From the NCBI RefSeq assembly GCF_006345805.1, contig NC_043002.1, positions 35,712,001 through 35,776,000 of the forward strand: a DNA stretch of 64,000 bases, in the 5' to 3' direction. The DNA is from Octopus sinensis. Taxonomy: Eukaryota. Positions 37,881-50,218 of this stretch are shown here, piece by piece (position 1 is the stretch's first letter; each line of letters starts with the position of its first letter). A program made the translations under genes and the position numbers. Under the pieces are notes generated by a model. It was not told the DNA's origin. It saw only the letters and a list, made by a program, of their open reading frames with translations, and did not search any database.

Positions 37881-40469
37881 AATCTACAGTACACAAAATA
37901 TTTTAACAATTTTATTATATAATTCCAAATAATATTTAATTCTAAAAATATAAGATTTTCTTCAAAACATCGAATGGCTATGAGGATTCACCCGAAGAAA
38001 ATAAGAACTAAAGTGGTCTATAGGCAAAAAATGGTTATGATCACGGGTAGGATTGGTGTGTTGCCTATAAGGAACAATACTTTGTTGGAAATATCACACT
38101 TGACACGATATCTTTTTGCAGCAAGGCAAAAAAAAAAAACAACACAAAAATAAACTAAATGAATAAAAATATAACAAAAAATAGAACAAAAATTGTAACC
38201 CAGTTTTCCAAAACGGTCCATAGTCATTTAAGTCTTCTTAACCGAATGCCAAATCCCAGGTAGATTAATTCTAGCACAGCCTTTGAAAACCCTTAGATTT
38301 TTTTGAGTGACATACATGCAGGGGAATTAGTTTCATATCACCAGCTGTATTTTATCCCCTTTTGAATTTGGAGTGACATACAGGCAGGAGATTTAATTTC
38401 ATATCACCACCAGCAGTATTTCTGCCCTTTATAGCTCTCAAAAATCGTCGGACGAATTTTACCAGAAACAAAAGTTTAAGTAGGTATGCACTTCCGAAGA
38501 AGCCCAGTTTCATCAACAGTTCTGGTGGATGGCCGGTTTTATCATTAATTTTCTTTAGCTCCTCCGGATAATTAGTAGCAGTCTCTGTGTCAGTACTGAC
38601 AACTTCACCAGTTTTCTAAGGTTGTTCCAAAAAAAAAAAAAAAAACCTAAAAAAACGCCTCTTAAATCAGTCTTTACTAGTCAGTAAATGATTTGCATCA
38701 GAAGTTGTACCCTTCTGTTTCTGAAAATCATCACATTAATCTTGCAGCTTTCACATGAATTACCATTGTGTTTATCAATACACTAGCAGTAATACCCGTC
38801 GTTGATCGGGTAATTACATTTATTGTTTCTCGGGCCGAGAAGCTAGAAAAGTGGGCATATCATATAGAAGACTAGCTTTATGGATTACAGTCGACTGCGA
38901 TGGAACTGTAAAAACCTTGAAGGCAAGTGGAACATCACTTTTCATATAGAAAAAGCATTGCACGTCGTGCGTTTGTTTGGTGTTCGTTTTTTGACAGTCT
39001 TTTTTTGGTAGACTTTTTTTTATTAGAAATATCAGTAAGTAATAGTCAAATGAAATTACAAATGCTGTGCCCTGTCAGTCAGATTTAGGTTTACTCATCC
39101 TGTATGTGTGTATTACATGTGATAATTGGAGTAGAAAAAAGATGGATTTCATATACGAATTTCTGTTTGTTCTTCAAGTTGCAATTCAGTAACTTTTAGT
39201 GTTTGACCCTGACTTTTATTGATGCTCATATCAGAACAGAGAAGCTAGAAAAATGGGTATATCATATAAAAGACTAGCTTTACGGAATCCTGGTGACTGT
39301 GATGGCACTGAAAAGGCTACAGGTTAAATGGAACATCCATTTGTCACTGTTCCTTTTGACGTTTGAATAGACGGTATATTGTGAATGAAGCTAAAAGAAT
39401 AACTATATCATATAGAAGAATGGCTTTAGAGAATCCAAGTGACCGTGCGATGCCACTGAGAAAGCCACAGGTGAAGTGGATGACCCATTTGTCAGGGTTT
39501 CTCTTGACATTTGAATAGGCCGTATGCCCAAGGAGAACTGAAAGATTCAGTTTCGAATCTGAACCAGGGTGAGACTACGACTACAGATTTAGGTTTGCAC
39601 ATATCTCATCCTCGTTTTTTGCTGCACGTCGTGCGTTTGTTTGGTGTTCGTTTTTTGACAGTCTTTTTTTTATTTTGAGGAGTCATTCTTTTTAGTCCAA
39701 TGAAATTACAAATGCTGTGTCCTGTCAGTCAGACTTAGGTTTACTGTATGTGTGTATTATATAAGAGAAAAACATGTAATAATTGAAGTCGAAAAAGATA
39801 GATTTCAAATACGAACTTCTGTTTGTTCTTCAAGTTGCCATCTAGCAACTTTTAGTGTTTCGCCTTGACTTTTATTAATGGTCATGGGAAAAGAAAGTTG
39901 GATAGGCAACTGTAAGGGCTTAAATTTGAATGGGACATTAGATGATATAACTGATATGCGAAGAACGAAGACGGTGTCACGTTTACCTCAACCAGTGAGA
40001 ATATTTGCCTCAATGCAACTCGTCATAGGTTTGTGCTCAATTAGTGTTGCTTCCCTTGAACCATTTACTTTCACTTTATGGGACAAACAATAACGGAGAG
40101 AATCTCTCTTTTATATATATATATAAATTATGTCTATTTTGATCGTCGATCAGAACAGAGATAAATCTATCAATACTAAGCATATCGGATCTAATGTCCG
40201 GAAAATTACTCAGCACGATTTTAATATATAAAAAAAGAACAAAATTTGGTAAAGATCGCAATTATATCCACAATTATTTAGAAAGCCATTTTGCAATGGT
40301 TTATTCAGTTGTGGAAAGTCAGGTACCTATGACCCTTTTCAGGATCTCAGTAATTTGTGTTAGGAGTGTAGAAATTTTATCTGCAGACTGGCGAAATGCC
40401 TAAAAAGTTTCGATAGTTGGACAACAGAATAAGTTTGCCATTCAAGAATAGGAATGGTCACTCCGACAG

Positions 40470-40630
40470 GCTCGCCACACAATTTCTGCCTACACCCCAA
40501 ATTTCACTGAGAAGTCTTTGGTCGACCCGGTGCCATGGTAGAAAATACTTGCATAAGATAAGGCGCAATGGGATTGACCCCGAGACGACGTTGTTGCGAA
40601 GGAAACTTCTTAGTCATAAAGTCACATTTA
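40470..40630 (-). mobile_element. SINE family B, old diverged copy
   Basis: ctttggtcgacccgg..ccatggtagaaaatacttgc resembles the reverse complement of the CORE-like segment. Confidence 0.6.
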
Positions 40631-42549
40631 CATATACGCTAAATACAAAATAATACGTCTTCATTCTCAGACAACTGTATCTTTATTTCCCCATAAAACT
40701 GTGAATGTGAAACTTAACAAGCTAACTTTGAGTTCCATTTGCAGCATACTAACAAAGTTGTAAAAGAAGAGGAAAAAAAACATTTATATTATTTGTATAG
40801 ATAATAAATTCTGCTTCCTATGCCACAATGTGTAGTTTTGATCACATCGAACGTACGACTTCAGTTGCATGAATGCAATTTCAGCAAAATAATTTAACAA
40901 TATTGCTATATAATTAATATTAAGGCGATGAGTTCAGTTGAGGCCATCTTCGCCTTTCAGTGTTCCGAGATCGATATAATACAGAACGAGTCAAGTAATT
41001 GATTGTATCTCTTTCCCTCCGTATTTGTGGCCTTATGCCAATGTTAGAATTCAATATTAAAGGAACGACGGTAGAACGTCGGACAAAAATACCTTGCAGT
41101 TTTGAGTTGCAGTCCTTTATTTTTTGTGCTTAAATTCCACCGATATCAACTTTGCGTTTCATTCTTCTGAGTTCGATAAAATAAAATACTAGTTAAGTTC
41201 TGAGGAACAATGTAAACGACTATTATTCTATTCTCCCAAATCTGCCTTTATTAGAAATAAATATTAAGGCCAATAAAGAGGCGGTGAAAATCGACAGAAA
41301 GTCCGACAAAATAACTTGCATCATTTTGTTGTCTCTTTATGTTATTAGTTCAAATCTTGCTGGGGTCAATTCTGTCTACAGTCTTTTTCACCTGAGTGAA
41401 TCCAATTAGCTGTCTTAGTCCTATTCACCAGAGTGTCTAATCGGCTATAACCTCTTCCAAAATGTGTCCATGCACATTTGACAGAAATTAGTCATTGTAT
41501 TAATATGGCTCTTGTGTTATTGATTAGCTTCGGATCAATCTTGATTGATCAGAACCATGACTGAAAGCATTCTATCTGCTACATTATCAAATATGCTTAA
41601 CATTTCCTTTTTGAAGTTGTCGGTGAGATATGATTTGGTTGTCTTTTCTTGCAGATCTGACGACTATGTAGAGGCACTCTCAATGTTTCGTGGGAGCTGA
41701 TTTGGCAGGAAAGTAACAATGGATTATATACGTCTGTAGTAATTAATAACCTCGTTTGATAATGTGTAAAATTTTTTTGTTAAGGTCAGATTTGATTATT
41801 ATCCCTATAAAGTGGATAAAATAAATTCAGGTGTTAATTCAATCGATTAATACCACTCAAAAGATTCATAAAATTTTTTTGCCTTGCCTAGCCAAAGAAA
41901 ATCGTTATCGAGTATATATATAATTTTAAATTCAGCACAAAAGACCCCAGTAAGTAATATGTTTTGTCTGAGACAGCTGGGAATTTCTGATTTTGTTTTT
42001 ACAATAAACTTCCTATTTTTATTTATCTTTCTTTCTCTATTTCTGTCTCTCCACTATTCTACACTTGTGTCCCCATTTCAAATTCTCGGTATTGAGAACT
42101 CCTGTCTTTCTTACAAAACAGTTATCTTTATCTCTCAATTTCTAACTCTCAACTTTTGTATCTCACCCACTTTTTTTTTCTCTTACCTTACTTCTACTTC
42201 CCACCCTTTGTACTTCACCTTTTCCTTTCCCTTTTCTAGCTCTCAGCATTTCTATTTCTCCTTTTTTTATCGCTCTGCACTGATTATCTCCTCTTTGTGT
42301 CACTTCTGAAGAGAAAACGTTTCAAAATGAGACATACTTTTCAAAATCTAAAGCAACTGTTAAAATTCAATATCAGCAAAACTAATTACCAATCTATTTT
42401 AGCTTAATATATCTCAGCGGTGTTGTGTATATTAAATTAAGCATATTTCACTGAATATTATGGATTTGCCTATGATATAGCAATAAGATAAAAATAGATT
42501 ATTAAATTGCATAAGCAATAAACAATTACACACCAAATGAGAGAGCTTG

Positions 42550-42737
42550 TGCATAATAACTCGACCTGCAAAATATAGCTGCCAGATTTCTTTCAAATTA
42601 CATTCTACTTATATAAGTGCAGCATATTAGATACAGTAGTATTGTATACTCCTAAAATGACAGGTTGATCATGAGTGGAATGTTTTAGATCATAGGTCTC
42701 TACTCGATCGAGTTCGGCCTATGGTTAAACAGCAACA
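42550..42737 (+). mobile_element. Dispersed SINE-like family C (ctcgacctgc..aaatagc.gcc...gatcataggtct...taaacaaca tail)
   Basis: Related pieces near 3790-3870, 41520-41680 (-), 51990-52290, 55375-55450 and 59720-59830 (-). Confidence 0.55.
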
Positions 42738-42847
42738 TATGTGATTCAGCACTTCTACGCGATTTTCTCGAAAGCCCTATATTTGTATTTCAAAATCATT
42801 GTGTGCAGTTTTGTATTTCACGAATATCAACACACACACACACACAC

Positions 42848-43321
42848 TTTTATTAGTAACTGGAAATTTCATTTTAACATTATAACTTGAAGTTTCACCA
42901 TCACTTTCTCGTCACCTACGTAATTTGCTGGGTTCTATGATACTGCATTTATATCGCTCAGTTACACTGTCTTTGTCTATATGACGAATATATTACACAC
43001 ACCGACATGCAGAGATAATCAAATGGAGTTGTGTGTGATAGCTTGGACATGTTGCGTTTTCTGCTCTGTGTAATCTATTACTTCAGTCGTAGATAGCTTG
43101 TACAATATAGCCGTAAGTGATGTGGGCAAATAGGACTTGGTCTTGACACAACAGTTTTTCTTCTGCAACGATTAATAACGACCGACTTTTAAGCTGAACA
43201 CAGCTAAGACTTCATTTATTGTGGACACCCCGTCGAGCAGACACTTGTACAATTATTCTCATGTCTGTGAAACTGAGAGTAATGGCCGTATACAGCATCA
43301 AGTGTCTACCTGCGAATACAC

Positions 43322-43356
<35 letters not shown>

Positions 43357-43832
43357 CACGCACTTTTATTAGTAACTGAAAATTCCATTTTAACATTATA
43401 ACTTGAAGTTTCACCATCACTTTCTCGTCACCTACGTAATTTGCTGGGTTCTATGATACTGCATTTATATCGCTCAGTTACACTGTCTTTGTCTATATGA
43501 CGAATATATTACACACACCGACATGCAGAGATAAATCAAATGGAGTTGTGTGTGATAGCTTGGACATGTTGCGTTTTCTGCTCTGTGTAATCTATTACTT
43601 CAGTCGTAGATAGCTTCTACAATATAGCCGTAAGTGATGTGGGCAAATAGGACTTGGTCTTGACACAACAGTTTTTCTTCTGCAACGATTAATAACGACC
43701 GACTTTTAAGCTGAACACAGCTAAGACTTCATTTATTGTGGACACCCCGTCGAGCAGACACTTGTACAATTATTCTCATGTCTGTGAAACTGAGAGTAAT
43801 GGCCGTATACAGCATCAAGTGTCTACCTGCGA

Positions 43833-43835
<3 letters not shown>
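42848..43835. repeat. Tandem duplication, two ~470-bp units separated by (CA)n (period 516-517 bp)
   Basis: Units 42848-43318 and 43364-43835 differ at only about four positions that I could see. Confidence 0.97.
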
Positions 43836-43870
<35 letters not shown>

Positions 43871-44305
43871 AGATTCCTAACAGAGGCACAAAGCTACACA
43901 TTTCGGGAGAAGAGACAGTCATTTTATTGACTTCAGTACTTGTCTTTATCGACGTTAAAAGGATGGAAGTCAAAATCGATTCTGGCAAAATTCAAATTTA
44001 GAACGTAACTAAATACCGCTCAACCGGTTTTGCTAATTCATTATCTCCTACACTCTCATTGTTAAAATAATCCTTTCTAATTATGACACAAGGCCAGCAA
44101 TTTTGAGGGTAAGGATAAGTCAATTACATCGACCATAGTACGTGACACCGAAAGAATGAAGGGCAAACTTGATTTCAGTGGTATTTGTATTCAAAACGTA
44201 GAGTCAGAAGAAATTCCACTAAGCTTTTTGTCCGGCGTGCAACGACTCTGCCAGCTCGTCGCCTTCATTATAATTAAAATAATGATTTCCTACATCATAG
44301 GAGTA

Positions 44306-44520
44306 TACTCTTTTACTCTTTTACTCTAACTTGTTTCAGTCATTTGACTGCGGCCATGCTAGAGCACCGCCTTCAGTCGAGCAAATCGACCCCAGCACTT
44401 ATTCTTTGTAAGCCTAGTACTTATTCTATCGGTCTCTTTTGCCGAACCGCTAAGTTACGGGGACGTAAACACACTAGCATCGGTTGTCAAGCGATGTTGG
44501 GGTGACAAACACAGACACAT
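44306..44520 (-). mobile_element. SINE family B, 3' half
   Basis: Matches 28501-28720. Confidence 0.88.
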
Positions 44521-44522
44521 AA

Positions 44523-44583
<61 letters not shown>

Positions 44584-44954
44584 AACACCTAACTGCTATG
44601 TGCTGCGGTGTCAGTGACGATGGTAATGACAATTTAAGCACTGGTGTCGATGTAATCGACTTAATACCTATGTCTGTCCTTGTTTGTCCCCTCTGTGTTT
44701 AGCCCCCTGTGGGTAATAAAGAAATAGGTAATGACAGCGGAAGTAGTTGTGGCCATAGTGGTTGTGGTATTGCCACTAGTAATTATGGTACCGATGGTAG
44801 TTGTGGTATCGTTAATGATAGTAGTGGTGATGATTGGTAGAACCTATAGTCTCAGTTGTGATGAGAGTGGTGATGGTAGCCGCGACAGTGATAATAGCTG
44901 TCGTGATGGTCGTGGTGCTTGTAGTTACAGTGATACTAGTAGTGGTGGACTGTT

Positions 44955-45170
44955 GCTTCAGTCCATTCAGTTGGCGAAAATGAGTAATACCTGTATTTCG
45001 AAGGGTCAGCCTTGTCACATTCTGTGTCACGCTGAATCTCCTTGAAAACTACGTTAAGGGTATGCGTGTCTGAGGGCTGCTCAACTGCTTGCACGTTAAT
45101 TTCACAAACTGGCTGTTCCGTTGATCAGATCAGCTAGGATCCTCATCATCGTAACCAACAGAATGCCACT
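44955..45170 (+). mobile_element. Probable SINE family D 3' portion
   Basis: gggtcagccttgtcacattctgtgtcacgctgaatctcc...cacgttaatttcacaaactggctgttccgttgatc is a tail I recognise from octopus repeats; single copy here. Confidence 0.5.
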
Positions 45171-45873
45171 AGAATAAAGTAGTGTTGCAACTGATATGGT
45201 GTTGTTTGTCATTGTTGTCAGTTTCGGTTTTGTTGAGATGAAGATGGGGATTTTTATCCAATGAACGGGCCAGTTCCCAAGAAGAAGAAAGCAAGTATAT
45301 TGTCGCTGTTAATCAATGTTTAAAGTGTTTAATGCGTTGTGAGGGCTTGCTCGGTGGTATGTTAAGTAAGTAATGATATTTTTCTATTGTGATGTGTAAT
45401 GTTATGATTCTATTGTTATCATTATAGAATACTGGATGAAATTGTTGGTTTCCACACCATCAACTGTTTCATAGGCATAAAAGGTATTTAAGACAACACT
45501 AGCAGACCCCCCCCACACACCCCCTCTCTCTTCCTTTCTCTCTCTTTCTCTCCCCTTCTCTCTGCCTCTCTTTCTTTATTTCTTCCATTGTTGGCGGTTC
45601 GTATCACAAACAACATTAAAGGATCTACTCATACAGCTCTAAACAGAATCGTAAGCAACGTGTGCATGTGTGTGTGTGTATATATAAGCATATGTGTGTG
45701 TGTGTATGTAAGTATGTATGTATGTATGTATCTATGTGTGTGTGTTTGTGTGTTTGTGTGTCTAACAATTGTTGTGTTGACAAGCAGAGAGGGTGAAAGT
45801 TGTATAAGGCAAGACTTCTGCCCGTTCCCCACAAAAACCACTGTTAAATTTTTTTTTTTTTTGGACACAAACA

Positions 45874-46312
45874 CCCCCTTTCGGCTACGGGGAATACGAA
45901 TCTGCAAAAAAATAAAATTGGCAAAAACCGACATCTCTAAATTATCCCCCCCTCCCCATTTCCTTCATTTTTAACTTTTTTCACAATTCTTTTTTCAAAA
46001 CATGCGGAAAAATACGGAGATTACGATTCTGAAAAAAAATTTTCAAAAATCTTTGTAAAAATTTTTTTAAAGAATTTTTCGTTTTTAAATATGCGGAAAA
46101 ATACGACATCATGATTCGGACAGAAATTTCAAAACAATTCTGTACTTACGATTAGGGTTTTAGGGTTAGGGTTAGGGTTTTAGGTTAGGGTTAGGGTTTC
46201 AGGGTTAGTGTTGGGGAAAAAGGTCAAAATTGAAGAAGTTGGGAGGAAAGGGGGGAAAATTTCACAATGCCGAGTTTGGCAATTTTCTGGAACCTCCGTA
46301 TCCGAAAACGGG
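45874..46312. mobile_element. Foldback-like element with diverged ~90-100 bp inverted arms enclosing TTAGGG repeats
   Basis: 45874-45972 versus the reverse complement of 46226-46312; (TTAGGG)-like tract at 46152-46208. Confidence 0.65.
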
Positions 46313-46713
46313 AATTTTTGGCAAAAAAAAAAAAAATGAATTTGGGAGAAAATGGGGGTTGGGGACGGGCGGAATTCTTTCCCTGTATAATCCCGCATAA
46401 GTGAAAGGAGGAAAAGACAGATATGCTCTTCCAGCAAGGAGCCAAATGAAAGAGGTAGAATTGAGTTTGGACTGCGTATTTATATATTTTTTCCCAACTA
46501 AATTAGGCCAAGCTAAACAGAAGATTTTTCGTCTGTTATCTGGTATGAACTTTTGGTAACCACAAATAGTTAAAGAATAGAACTTATCTATGTGTGACAG
46601 TTGACTCATTAAATTCCTAAATGTAAATGCCGAGAACAACAGAATGGGACTCATAGAAAAATCCTGACTAGTGTTTCGAATCCTGGCTAATAATCTAGGA
46701 AGCGTTTCGCTAC

Positions 46714-46749
<36 letters not shown>

Positions 46750-46789
46750 TGAATTCTCTCGTTGTGAACGACAAATGAAGGCTAAGTAA

Positions 46790-46950
46790 AATAAAGCGGT
46801 AACCATGTTCTATGGATACACATGTGTCTCTTGAAGCCCGCTGGTTCCTTGCAAACATTTTGGCAAATGAAACAAGTTGAGGACTCAATTTGCTCGACTG
46901 CTTGTGGGCAAAGCCTGTTCTGGTCCATGTCACAAAACCACTGTGACAGG
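46790..46950 (-). mobile_element. Probable RTE-type LINE 3' fragment with a C2H2-like finger
   Basis: CFICQNVCKEPAGFKRHMCIH (C-X2-C-X12-H-X3-H) at 46812-46874. Confidence 0.5.
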
Positions 46951-47199
46951 TAACGATCATCTATTATTTTGTAAACAATGTTTCGAAAATAGGTGTATGT
47001 ACGTATATGTTTGTGTGTGTGTGTTGCCCATATATATATACTTAGTTGTGATCTGAACATAACCGCTTCTCACACAGAGAATCGGGGGCCCTTTTGGGCG
47101 TTCTACTTTTTTTTGCTGGAAGGGTTCCCAACCCATGGGCAAAGTGGGGCTACATGATGGGGGTGGTGTTTTCAAAAGGGTTGGCATATGCAACCTGAT

Positions 47200-47782
47200 C
47201 ACCCCTGCCGATCAAACTCCCAACTCATGCGCTCCCGTCGCGACACTGATTCTGCAGAACTAGGTTGGGTATGAAAACCAACTTTAAAGTATAAATATTG
47301 ATGTTTTTGAATCAGCAATGTTCGGTTAAGTCCTATTTGGAGTGGAATATCAATAAACTGATTCCTTATGGGGTTTTCTATTTAATCAGGATAAAAAAAA
47401 ATCGACAAACCGATTCCTTATAGGACTTCCCACTAAAATTGGCTACACCCTATTCTCAACCATAACTTTTACCAATTTTGATGTATTTTGTTCAAACTTG
47501 ATGCCAGCATTACTTAGGACTCGTGGGATCTTTGAATGCTTTAAGTTCTCCAAAAACCGAAAAAAAAAAAAAAAATCGATGAGTGGAAAAAATTGATAAA
47601 CCGATTTCTTATGGGATCTCCCAATCAAATTGTCAGCAACTCGTTTTCAGCCAAAAGTTTACCAATTTCAATGGGTTTCGCTCAAATTTGACGTCGATGT
47701 TTCTTAGTTTGGTTTGAAATAAAGAGCTTGATTAGCTTAATAATACTAACTTAATCCCGAGCAAAACCGGGCTATACTTCTA

Positions 47783-47784
<2 letters not shown>
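47200..47784 (+). mobile_element. Non-autonomous Helitron, 3' part
   Basis: Subterminal hairpin cccg-agcaaaac-cggg (47756-47771), 8-nt spacer, CTAG then T (47780-47784); two diverged ~190-bp internal subunits. Confidence 0.75.
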
Positions 47785-47868
<84 letters not shown>

Positions 47869-48110
47869 TCGCAGGTGACCACCTAGAAACCCGGTCTGTG
47901 AGTATCACGTAAGGTTAGAGATGGAGTGATGACCTTACTTGCGAATACTATACGGGCACAAACTGTGTGTCGATAACCAGCTGGAAAAGATGTTTTCCTG
48001 GGTCTATAACAGCAGTAACATCGTCCTTTATAGGACTGTCACGTTCTGTTGAATATAAACCTTATTATTTCATGCTGTTACTGTATATCTCTCAGAGATT
48101 TAAGACAAAA

Positions 48111-48341
48111 GGCGGCGAGCTGGCAGAAACGTTAGGACGCCGGGCGAAATGCGTAGCCGTATTTTGTCTGCCATTACGTTCTGAGTTCAAATTCCGTCGA
48201 GGTCGACTTTGCCTTTCATCCTTTCGGGGTCGATAAATTAAGTACCAGTTACGCACTGGGGTCGATGTAATCGACTTAATCCGTTTGTCTGTCCTTGTTT
48301 GTCCTCTCTGTGTTTAGCCCCTTGTGGGTAGTAAAGAAATA
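48111..48341 (+). mobile_element. SINE family A, full length
   Basis: Complete head, core and tail (231 bp). Confidence 0.92.
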
Positions 48342-48925
48342 TATATATGTATATATATATATATACAAGTGCATCTGGAATTGCAGCAATACCTCCCATC
48401 TTTGCACTGAGCCAACAGCTTGTTACAATACTGCTGTATCAGTGCAATTCACTACCCACGGTGAACCACTATTTCTCATGCTACATCCCACCTCTTTACC
48501 TGCCTCTCCCAACAACTTCAGACACAAGATAGTCTCTTGACAGAAATTTGTAGGCTGCAGTTTTGTTCTAGTCGTTTGCTGGTTCAGCGCCATTTGCATT
48601 TTATTCTCCTTTGTCTCTCGTTGTAGCTGAGTAATTTTCAGGAATCTTCCCAGCAACCGACTCCAGCTTGGTGGTGTATCTCAAGTCACTTCTGTCTGAG
48701 AGGGCCATTCTCGTGTCATCTCTACATTCCCCTCCTGTCCATTTGTGACAAGTGTCCTCCCATCAAGGAGATTTTTCGTAATTTAAACGGCTCTTCCTAC
48801 TGTTTGCAACGAGGCTCCATCCATGGCTGTTCTGGGATTCCATTCATTAGCGGGGCTTCCCTTCCTTGGGTTGTGAGTTCAAATCCCGCCGAGGTGAATT
48901 TTACGTTTTATTCGTCGAGAAGATA

Positions 48926-50218
48926 CGAGGGGCGTTCAATAAGTAATGCCCCTGACCCACTTTCCATAACAGTAGAGCAACGACACTTGGCACAGTTATT
49001 AGTCTTTTTCTACATAGGAACCACCCAGAGTTATGCATTTCTCCCATCGTTTGATGCAGCTCTAGAGACCGTTTTTGTAGAAGACCCCAGCTTGGTCCTC
49101 CAGCCACGACGTGACTTCAGAAATCAAGGCTGCATCATCTGGGAAACGCTTTCCTTTCAAAAACAACTTCATGGCTGGGAAGAGGTGAAAATCAGAGGGT
49201 GCAAGGTCAGGAAAGTAGGGGGGATGGGGGAGGAGTTCATAGCCGCACGCCTGTGCTTCTGATCTGGCGACATGCGAGTTGTGGACCGGAGCGTTGTCCT
49301 GCAGGAGGAGGATGCCTTTGCTGATCTTGCTCCGCCTCTTGATTTTGATAGCTTCTCTTAATTTCCTCAAAAGTGAAGCATAATAGGCTCCTGTAATTGT
49401 GGTACCCTTTGCCAGGAAATCTGTCATCACTACTCCGTCCTGGTCCCAGAAGACTGTGAGCATGACCTTGCCAGCGGAGGGCTGCACCCTTGCCTTCTTT
49501 GGAGGAGGTGAGTCACGGTGCTTCCACTGCATTGACTGGACTTTGGTCTCTGGATCATAGTGATGGACCCAGGTTTCATCCTGTGTAATCAGTCTTTTGA
49601 AAAATGTTGACTCATCTTCTTGGCACATCTCCAAATTCATCCATGAGCACTCGACGCGTTCTTGCTTCTGAAAAGGTGTGAGCAACCTGGAAATCCATCT
49701 GGCAGACACCTTTTGCATATGCAAATGGTCATGAAGGATAGTTTCCACAGACCCGGTACTAATCTTGACCTCATGGGCAATTTGGCAAATAGTTATGCGT
49801 CGATCTTCCAAAACGGCAGCCTCAACTTGACGGACAGATGCCTCATCAATGGCAGAAGGGGAGCGACCAGATCTGGGAGCTGTTTCCACAGAGGTCTGAC
49901 CATGTTTGAATTCCCAATGCCAGCATTTTACAAGGTCATATGATGGGGCATCATCACCATAAGTTAGTTTCATTTCATCAAAAGTCTTCCGTGGTGTGCG
50001 TCCTTTCAAATACAAAAATCAGATCACTGCTCGACACTCAACAGGCTCCATTTCACACTTGACTCAGTTCAAACACCTGTAAATCAGAAACAACAATTAG
50101 TTCAGAGCTGTAACTTGCCACTTAATCTATAGAGATATAAATAATTGCACATGCAAAATTTCAGCTAGATCAAACAATTGCAAGTGGGTCAGGGACATTA
50201 CTTATTGAACGTCCCTCG
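48926..50218 (-). mobile_element. Full-length mariner (DD34D, irritans-like TIRs), 1293 bp
   Basis: 37-bp TIRs (48926-48962 and 50182-50218, two mismatches) and TA duplications at 48924-48925 and 50219-50220. Confidence 0.97.
48995..50051 (-). pseudogene. Mariner transposase interrupted by two in-frame stops, no frameshift seen
   Basis: MEPVECRAVI*FLYLKG...ITQDETW...LLQDNAPVH-(34 aa spacing)-PDLAPSDFHLF...KNGL*SCIKRWEKCITLGGSYVEKD*; WVPRLL reads WISRLL and YSPDLAP reads YFPDLAP. Confidence 0.93.

Noticed and set aside
46262-46960. 232-aa minus-strand ORF, the longest non-transposase ORF
   Set aside because: It crosses a LINE-like fragment, a (TG)n microsatellite and a foldback arm; a chance open frame.
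48111-48200. tRNA-like A/B boxes
   Set aside because: They are heads of multi-copy SINEs, with no complete cloverleaf or acceptor stem; not called tRNA genes.
48360-48830. Non-repetitive segment with 77-81 aa ORFs
   Set aside because: No recognisable motif or convincing splice structure.
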